A stretch of DNA of 64,000 bases from an uncultured Candidatus Saccharibacteria bacterium. Its GTDB lineage: Bacteria > Patescibacteriota > Saccharimonadia > Saccharimonadales > JAGQNJ01. The notes beneath the pieces are model-generated. The model was not told the origin of the DNA. It searched no databases and saw nothing but the letters and a program-made list of their open reading frames with translations. The translations under genes and the position numbers were made by a program. The DNA lies in NCBI GenBank assembly GCA_964583075.1, contig CAZOUW010000003.1:6925-70924 (forward strand), given 5' to 3'. Positions 58,033 to 64,000 of this stretch are shown in pieces (within the stretch, counting starts at the first letter, position 1; each line of letters begins with the position of its first letter).

Positions 58033-59832
58033 CTATTTCTTTACACTCAATCTACTAGCCGCGCGCCTCAGCGGTGCCGTCAACAAGCCTGCAGTTACAG
58101 CCAAACCAGTCAGCAATATCGTAGTCGTGTCTGTGCTGCTTTGTGGTGCAATCCCCGTATTCGGCCCACTCACATCCTGTGTTGCTAATCCCACTGGGTC
58201 TTTAACTGATCCGGCTGCGGGGTCGAGGTCTAATGGTCCGTTGTCAGTTAGGTTGTAGGTTACTTGTAATGCATGTTGGTTGTTATAGGTTGTTTCAGTA
58301 ATGGTAGCATCAGTTAGGGTAGAGTAGGAACTGTTAGTGGTATTGTACTTTCTGGCTACGACTTGGTTTGATTTGAGGTCAGTGACAAAGACAATACTTA
58401 TTTCATTATTAGTATTAGCTCCACTAAAACAGAAGTCTATCAGTCCTAAGGGATAGGTATAGGCATTGTCAATTGCAGTTAGGCCTGATTCTTTGACAGC
58501 TTCATGGCAAGTTATGGTTGTACCGTCTGGAGTACTAAGAGCAATCGTCTTACCACCAACTGCATCGTCAAGGGTGACGGTAGAGCCAGAACCAATCAGC
58601 TCACCAGTATAAACACCACCAACGGAACCTATGATGGCCCGAGAGCCAGAGGCGTTAAGCTTAGCGATAGAACCATAGTAATAATCAATAATACTACCCG
58701 TATTGCTTCCATCCTCAGTTGGATCCTCGGCTGTCCAATTGGCGCCGGAGTCATCTGACACATACATTGAAAGAGGTGCGTTTTCGCCACCATCACTGTT
58801 GGCGTAGTCAATACCGAATAACGCTAATTTACTACCATCATCTGACATATCAATACCACCCCAGAAGCTAAAAACTGAATCGTCTGGTGTCACATTTGTC
58901 CATGTCTCGCCACCATTGTCGGAGATATAAACTGGATCGGTTGCGTTTTCAAAGTCATTGCCACCGGTTGCCGCCACAGCGATTCTGTTGCCATCAGCCG
59001 ACATGGCAGTGCGAGCCACTATTTTCATAGTTTCCGGATCCGGGTCAATGCCCGTCCATGTAGCGCCACTATCCTCAGATATGTAGACATCATCAAATTC
59101 GTTACCGCTACCTGCTGCACCAACTAGCAACTTATCTCCATTTTCGGATATAGATAAGGACGCTATTCCATGTGAGTCCTCGGGATTAATATCGTTACTT
59201 GTCCAGGTTGCACCATCATTTTTAGATACGTATACAGTATCATTTTGGAGGGTGACCGCAACGGTACTAGCATCGCCAGATATTACCGCGTTTATCTCAC
59301 CACCATCAATCGGAAGATCTGAAGTAATATTTGACCAGCTGTTGCCGCCATCCTCAGACATGATAACCTTGCCGTCGATATTATCTTCAACATTCAGATC
59401 AAAACCTCCCATACTTGTTGCCACCATAGTTTGGCCGTCATTCGAAACATCAACCGACGTCCAAAAGTTGGCTACACCCGGATCAACGGTTTCTGCAGCG
59501 TTAGTCCAGGTTACGCCGTAGTTACTTGAGATATAGAGCGGAAAAGAGTGAGTAGGATACTCCCCAGTGTAGTTAACGACACTAGTGATTAACTTATTGC
59601 CACTAGCTGAACTGGCTACGCTCGTGATTGCAGTACCTGTCGAAGCAAGTTCTTCTTGTTTTGTCCAATCATACTTGTTGGTAGCAGCATAAACCGCTGC
59701 TGGGATGATAGGGCGTGACATAACGAGGGCCGATGATAAAGTTACGCCAGTGAGGAGGATTTTGCTTTTAGTAGAGTTATGGTTAGATTTTTTGTTTGTA
59801 TAGTTAGTTTTATGAGACCTTTTGGTTTTCAT
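58033..59832 (-). CDS. BNR/Asp-box beta-propeller surface protein with PNTG + TM + basic-tail signal (copy 2)
   Basis: Paralogue of 54496-56283. Asp-boxes SSNYGVTW, SEDGGNSW, SKNDGATW, SEDSGATW, SDNGGETW, SDDSGANW. PNTG encoded at 58153-58164, then a TM and RRAASRLSVKK. Confidence 0.8.
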   Translation of the reverse strand: MKTKRSHKTNYTNKKSNHNSTKSKILLTGVTLSSALVMSRPIIPAAVYAATNKYDWTKQEELASTGTAITSVASSASGNKLITSVVNYTGEYPTHSFPLYISSNYGVTWTNAAETVDPGVANFWTSVDVSNDGQTMVATSMGGFDLNVEDNIDGKVIMSEDGGNSWSNITSDLPIDGGEINAVISGDASTVAVTLQNDTVYVSKNDGATWTSNDINPEDSHGIASLSISENGDKLLVGAAGSGNEFDDVYISEDSGATWTGIDPDPETMKIVARTAMSADGNRIAVAATGGNDFENATDPVYISDNGGETWTNVTPDDSVFSFWGGIDMSDDGSKLALFGIDYANSDGGENAPLSMYVSDDSGANWTAEDPTEDGSNTGSIIDYYYGSIAKLNASGSRAIIGSVGGVYTGELIGSGSTVTLDDAVGGKTIALSTPDGTTITCHEAVKESGLTAIDNAYTYPLGLIDFCFSGANTNNEISIVFVTDLKSNQVVARKYNTTNSSYSTLTDATITETTYNNQHALQVTYNLTDNGPLDLDPAAGSVKDPVGLATQDVSGPNTGIAPQSSTDTTTILLTGLAVTAGLLTAPLRRAASRLSVKK

Positions 59833-59872
59833 GGCTATAGCACACTTCCTTGTTTATGTTCTTTTAAGCGTA

Positions 59873-59901
59873 AGTATATTAGATAATGGGCTTACACGCA
59901 A
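59873..59901 (-). promoter_or_regulatory. Putative promoter of BNR gene copy 2
   Basis: Minus strand: TTGCGT, 17-nt spacer, TATACT, in the 85-nt gap after QueC-like copy 2. Confidence 0.4.
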
Positions 59902-59917
59902 GTTTACGGTGTAGATT

Positions 59918-60571
59918 TTATTTGAAACCGGCGGTAGGTGGTTTTGGCCGTTTGACGTCACGCATTTCTAGTGTACAGGTTTTACACTTACCACACTCGA
60001 TTGGGTTGCCATCAACATAGCGCGGTGTTCTGCATGACCACGTAAGTAGCGCTAAATCTGGTGGTAAACTTTTATAGACTTGATCTTTGGTCATGTCTTT
60101 AAGCGGAAACTCCTTGATACGGTCACTATGGTCTTCTTCTTCTGGGTGGAACACATTATGCATTCTTTTACCGCGCATAAAATTCTCATCAATTCCGATT
60201 GCAAAGTCGGTACCAGTGGCGCCAATCACAACTCTGTTAATAAGTGGATCGCGTGAAGTCATGTAGCCAGATAAATAATTAAAAATTTCGACATCATACA
60301 TAAACTTGTTACCGAACTGTGGCGTGCGAATAGTTGAATCACTCGTGGTAAATTTTGCTGGTGCGTTCTCACGCATGTAAGCTAGGATTGCCTTAACAGC
60401 GGCCGCTTCTGCTTGCCAGCGATTTTCATTATTTTGAATATGAATATGATGAACGTGGATATCGCCATACTTTTTGGGCCGATTTAGAACGTGCCAAAGC
60501 GCTGCCGTAGAATCAAGCCCACCAGAAAACATGACAAGGGTACGATTTTTCTTATTATCCGTTTTATACAT
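59918..60571 (-). CDS. QueC-like PP-loop ATPase, copy 2
   Basis: Close paralogue of 56341-57009 (LVMFSGGLDSTAAL, VVIGATGTDFA, SCRTPRYVDGNPIECGKCKTC). Start set at the Met at 60571 behind an AGAAGGA RBS; the track start is 60610. Confidence 0.75.
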   Translation of the reverse strand: MYKTDNKKNRTLVMFSGGLDSTAALWHVLNRPKKYGDIHVHHIHIQNNENRWQAEAAAVKAILAYMRENAPAKFTTSDSTIRTPQFGNKFMYDVEIFNYLSGYMTSRDPLINRVVIGATGTDFAIGIDENFMRGKRMHNVFHPEEEDHSDRIKEFPLKDMTKDQVYKSLPPDLALLTWSCRTPRYVDGNPIECGKCKTCTLEMRDVKRPKPPTAGFK

Positions 60572-60625
60572 TGGTCCTTCTAATAAACCATGGGAACACT
60601 TTTTAGACAAGCCTAGTTCTGTAAT

Positions 60626-61177
60626 CTACGGTTTATAAAAACCGGTGTTTGGCGCATCAACAACAGTTGTACCTAGGCCTACGGGATCAAGAATCTGGTG
60701 TGTAACCGGATCGAGATCAAGAATGCTGTCATTGTCTTCAAGCTGGTAGGTAGCTACTAGAACTTGGTGCCCATTAATCGTCTGACTGGCAAGTATTGCA
60801 CCTGGCACGCTGTAGTATGTGTTGTTGTTGGGTAGATTTACGTATAGACCACTGATGGTTTTGCCATTGCCATCCAATTCACCGTAGAAATAGTTGCTTT
60901 GACCAATTGGTGACCAACCCGTACCGGTGTTGTACGGAGCAATATCTAGGTTAATGTTATTCATTACCTTGAAGTGAGCGTTATCGTACCCGCTGCCGAC
61001 ATATGACTCTAAACTAGCCAGTTCGGCTGGAGTGGTAATTTGATACGGGTTGCCAACTGTACCGTCACCACCAGCAAAAGCATAAGCATGGCTTGGCGCA
61101 AAAACCAGCATATGACCAACAGCCAAAACAAACGCTACTGCAAGTAACCTTAATTTTGTTGCGCAATCTTTTATCAT
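60626..61177 (-). CDS. Small secreted protein: GLUG-type adhesin-like head fused to the last part of the PNTG module
   Basis: Start at 61177 behind a GGGGAAGAG RBS. Signal peptide ...FAPSHAYA. GDGTVGNPYQITTPAELASL...FYGELDGNGKTISGL. It ends LDLDPVTHQILDPVGLG...APNTGFYKP, with PNTG encoded at 60641-60652. Confidence 0.65.
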   Translation of the reverse strand: MIKDCATKLRLLAVAFVLAVGHMLVFAPSHAYAFAGGDGTVGNPYQITTPAELASLESYVGSGYDNAHFKVMNNINLDIAPYNTGTGWSPIGQSNYFYGELDGNGKTISGLYVNLPNNNTYYSVPGAILASQTINGHQVLVATYQLEDNDSILDLDPVTHQILDPVGLGTTVVDAPNTGFYKP

Positions 61178-61343
61178 CTCTTCCCCTCGCTTGATAGCAT
61201 TTCTCTTATCCTTAAGTATATGACATTCAGATTTAAAATAAAAAGTTTTTATGATTGACCATTTGCCAAAAGTGACCATTAACACAACTTACGTCCTGGC
61301 CTGACATTTTTTGTAGCGAATGTTACGATAAGCACTAGAAGAT

Positions 61344-62855
61344 ATGATTACATTTATAGAAAAACTGGTGCAGCACATAAAGGCAAAACTTGTTATGCTG
61401 CGAGACCCAAAGACGAGACGTCGGAATATTATCTTAGTTCTGGCTATTGTTGGTTTGGTCACAACTCTTATTACCAACGCTGCAACCCAGAGTATTGGTG
61501 TTGAGCCAGAAAATGGTAGTTGGTCGGGCGGAGCCACCTCTTATAATGACAGCACTGCCTCCGGTGGCAAAGCAATTAGTTTTGGTGGCGCTACTGTGAG
61601 CTGTGGCAAGCAAGTTGCAAATTACACGTATAAGGTTCCGTTTGGCAATGCTATATGGAATCAACCAATCTGCGGACTACCAAGGCATCCACAATCAGCT
61701 GATTATGCATCGAGGTTCTTCGAGTGGGGTCATGTAAATGACGGATCTGCAGCAAATGATTCAAACAACGGCAAAATCAGCAACAACCCAGGCTATCCTG
61801 ATCCGGATCGCCTCAATCCGCTTGAACACCTATTTACGCGCGAAATCTACTACGCTAGCAAAGCTACCACTGAAAGCCGCATTGGTACCGTTTCCTATTC
61901 AAGCAACCTTGATGGCGACGATAATAAAAGTTGGGCACCAGACGCTAAAATACCCTGGAACCCTGCCTGGGAAGCTAGCCAAGGGGGTGATAACGAAATG
62001 ATAATTCTAGATGATCGCCCTGGTGCAACACAAGGGCGTATATACTTCCTCTCTGGTTACTACCCATCGTACCCAACATTCCCCCAGCGCAAAATACCCC
62101 CTGTTGGCTGTCCTGCCATCTGGCAGCAGAATCGTCTATGTACCTATAAAACAACAGTTGGTCGTGATCTTGCTGGTAACTATATTGACTACCGTACCTA
62201 CGAAGGCTTCATTAAAGATCGAGGCGTTGGCCTTTCATACCTTGCCACGCTCGTTACCCCCGAGGAAGTTAGCGCTGGCGAGATACGGCACGCAGTTGGT
62301 ATTGCCATCCCGAACACTGCCCTTGGGCCAGGCTGTACCGCTACCCAGCAAGGTAATTGGAGCCAGGAAGGTAAAACTTGCGGTACTGCGGTTGCCCCCG
62401 CAACAAAACATGAACAAGCAAGCAGAACAACAGCCGAATGGCTGGCCCAAGAGTTTAGATCTGTCTATACACTCGATAAGACCATCCCCGAAGGCATGTT
62501 GTTTGGGCTTGACATATCGTATGATCAAATCGAGACATGGCTCAACAGTCGTACGGATTTGTCACAAAGGCGCAAAGATACAGCCCGCGTGTTTGCTCGG
62601 GCCCTCAAGGATTACGGCATGATGGTTGTTGATACCAACGGTAACCGCGTTAGTATCCAACAAGCTGGTGGCATTAATCCAGATAACGCGGCTAAGTGGA
62701 CGAGCCTCGGTATGGGCCCAGATGATAAAAATAACATGCTTGACGGTCTTGTGACTGCAAACAATCTCTACGTAGTCAATCCTCCGGTTGCAACCTGTAA
62801 GGATGGCAAAACTATCCGATACTACTGCGACTGGACAAGCATTCGCTATCAATAG
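61344..62855 (+). CDS. Hypothetical secreted/membrane-anchored protein (503 aa)
   Basis: N-terminal TM (IILVLAIVGLVTTLI), then VEPENGSWSGGATSYNDSTASGGKAISFG and a Cys-containing domain with no recognised motif. Confidence 0.7.
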   Translation: MITFIEKLVQHIKAKLVMLRDPKTRRRNIILVLAIVGLVTTLITNAATQSIGVEPENGSWSGGATSYNDSTASGGKAISFGGATVSCGKQVANYTYKVPFGNAIWNQPICGLPRHPQSADYASRFFEWGHVNDGSAANDSNNGKISNNPGYPDPDRLNPLEHLFTREIYYASKATTESRIGTVSYSSNLDGDDNKSWAPDAKIPWNPAWEASQGGDNEMIILDDRPGATQGRIYFLSGYYPSYPTFPQRKIPPVGCPAIWQQNRLCTYKTTVGRDLAGNYIDYRTYEGFIKDRGVGLSYLATLVTPEEVSAGEIRHAVGIAIPNTALGPGCTATQQGNWSQEGKTCGTAVAPATKHEQASRTTAEWLAQEFRSVYTLDKTIPEGMLFGLDISYDQIETWLNSRTDLSQRRKDTARVFARALKDYGMMVVDTNGNRVSIQQAGGINPDNAAKWTSLGMGPDDKNNMLDGLVTANNLYVVNPPVATCKDGKTIRYYCDWTSIRYQ

Positions 62856-62982
62856 GCAAGTATAGAGTCACCTTTGGCGATTCCAAACCTTAGTTGATAG
62901 CAACAAGTTGTCAGAAGAAGGTTTCCTTGCAAACCGCCAGTAGCGTTTTTAACAAAGATCTGCTGCATCAGATGAAGGATAA

Positions 62983-64000
62983 TCAGCTATTTACACGTAG
63001 CAGCCAGTATACATTCAGCCCAGTGTTTGGAGCTCCTACGCCCACACCTACAGAACCGGTGCCATTGCCTATGCTGGATGGATTTGATCCAAGCCCAGCG
63101 GGATCAATAATCACGCCGTTAGCTTCGCCGTCCATATCCATATCACCGCCATCCTGAACCTCGTAAGTGAGGAGCACTACACTACTGCCGTATATATCAA
63201 TCGTACTAACGTTAGACTGGTCTATGTCGTAGTAGGTATTGGTGTTGGAGTCGTATTTGCGACCGATAAGGCTACTGGCATCAACATCTCCATAGTAATA
63301 TTGACGAACGGTTGTTGTGTAGCCATCATCCTCTTCACAACCAGTTTCAAACTGGTAAAGACCGAGTGGATAGTCATATGAGCCATCTTGCTCGACGTTT
63401 TCTGATTCAGTTAACAGACTCCAATCGTCTAGGTTACAAGATTCATCCACTTCAATTACGGCGTGAGTGCCAGTGAGGGGAGATGTTACAGACTGTACAT
63501 TGTCCTGGCCTTCATCGTCTATACCATCACCGTTTAAGTCAGTAACTGGATCGATTGGCGCATTTACATTTAATTCCGTATTACTGATAACGTTAATTAC
63601 GTTCTGTTCATTGCTTACGCTATCGGCATCGACTGTATAAGTGCCGACCGTACTTGCAGTGACCGGTACGTAAAGTATGCAAGATGTGTCGGCGTTAATA
63701 GTCGCACCCGATAGAGTTATTGTTGAACCACCAGCAGAAGCGCTAACTGTTCCTCCACAGAAATTTGAAACATCACCAGAACCAATCGTTAGACCAGATG
63801 GTAATGCAATCTGATAACTGACACCACTGATAGTATCGACATCGGCGCTATCGATGCGCAACTTCAAGTTTGTCTCAGATCCAGCAAGTATGTTATTTCG
63901 ATCGAAGCTGGCTTTTAACATGCGGCCAGCAGGGCTAACATACTGTTGCATGGCTGCGGTATAGGTTTGTCCTGGGGTATTGCCAAAGTTCCACTGAATA
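62983..64000 (-). CDS. Large surface protein, C-terminal part only (reading frame stays open to the right edge), with the PNTG module
   Basis: The frame has no stop upstream of the Met at 63951. A DUF11-like repeat segment (LPSGLTIGSGDVSNFCGGTVSASAGGSTITLSGATINADTSCILYVPVT). Module YDYPLGLYQF...MDMDGEANGVIIDPAGLG. PNTG encoded at 63019-63030. Confidence 0.75.
   Translation of the reverse strand, partial: IQWNFGNTPGQTYTAAMQQYVSPAGRMLKASFDRNNILAGSETNLKLRIDSADVDTISGVSYQIALPSGLTIGSGDVSNFCGGTVSASAGGSTITLSGATINADTSCILYVPVTASTVGTYTVDADSVSNEQNVINVISNTELNVNAPIDPVTDLNGDGIDDEGQDNVQSVTSPLTGTHAVIEVDESCNLDDWSLLTESENVEQDGSYDYPLGLYQFETGCEEDDGYTTTVRQYYYGDVDASSLIGRKYDSNTNTYYDIDQSNVSTIDIYGSSVVLLTYEVQDGGDMDMDGEANGVIIDPAGLGSNPSSIGNGTGSVGVGVGAPNTGLNVYWLLRVNS

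Larger units (their letters stand above)
58033..60610 (-). repeat. Segmental duplication, copy B (BNR surface protein plus QueC-like gene)
   Basis: See copy A. Confidence 0.75.

Overview
This is a 64-kb, gene-dense, mostly minus-strand-coded stretch of a low-GC bacterial chromosome; hand-counted backbone lines run about 35-47% GC. The gene content suggests a reduced Gram-positive-type or CPR (Saccharibacteria-like) genome, which is inference only. The supporting features are a compact MetK and AlaRS, LysM-CHAP, MltG and YabE/RpfB-like wall enzymes, Bacillus-like metG-tatD and yabE-ksgA synteny, a SAM-I riboswitch and LPXTG-like signals. The backbone genes I can support are uvrC (partial), trhO, an ABC exporter, bL25, DedA, uvrA, sbcB, obg, mltG, ruvX, ftsA, alaS, mnmA, cysteine desulfurase, tatD, metG, metK with its riboswitch, a MarR-MFS pair, rsmA, a NUDIX gene, pcrA and tpiA-pgk-pyk. 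A tmRNA gene (35488-35882) is not in the ORF track. Two kinds of non-backbone content stand out. First, four short GC-elevated islets (about 55-65% GC) sit between housekeeping genes. They encode a pyrF/pyrE-like pair and three unknown membrane proteins, and at least two are driven by AT-rich host-type promoters. Second, a roughly 10-kb surface-protein island (54.5-64 kb, plus one outlier at 13.3-14.6 kb) contains six genes that share a C-terminal module ending in PNTG. Within it, a two-gene unit (QueC-like PP-loop ATPase plus BNR beta-propeller surface protein) is tandemly duplicated around a Thr-type alkaline-phosphatase-superfamily gene. That duplicated unit is my best candidate for an undescribed system. 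No CRISPR array, IS element, integrase, rRNA or tRNA was recognised. All homology calls come from motif reading by eye; no searches were run.
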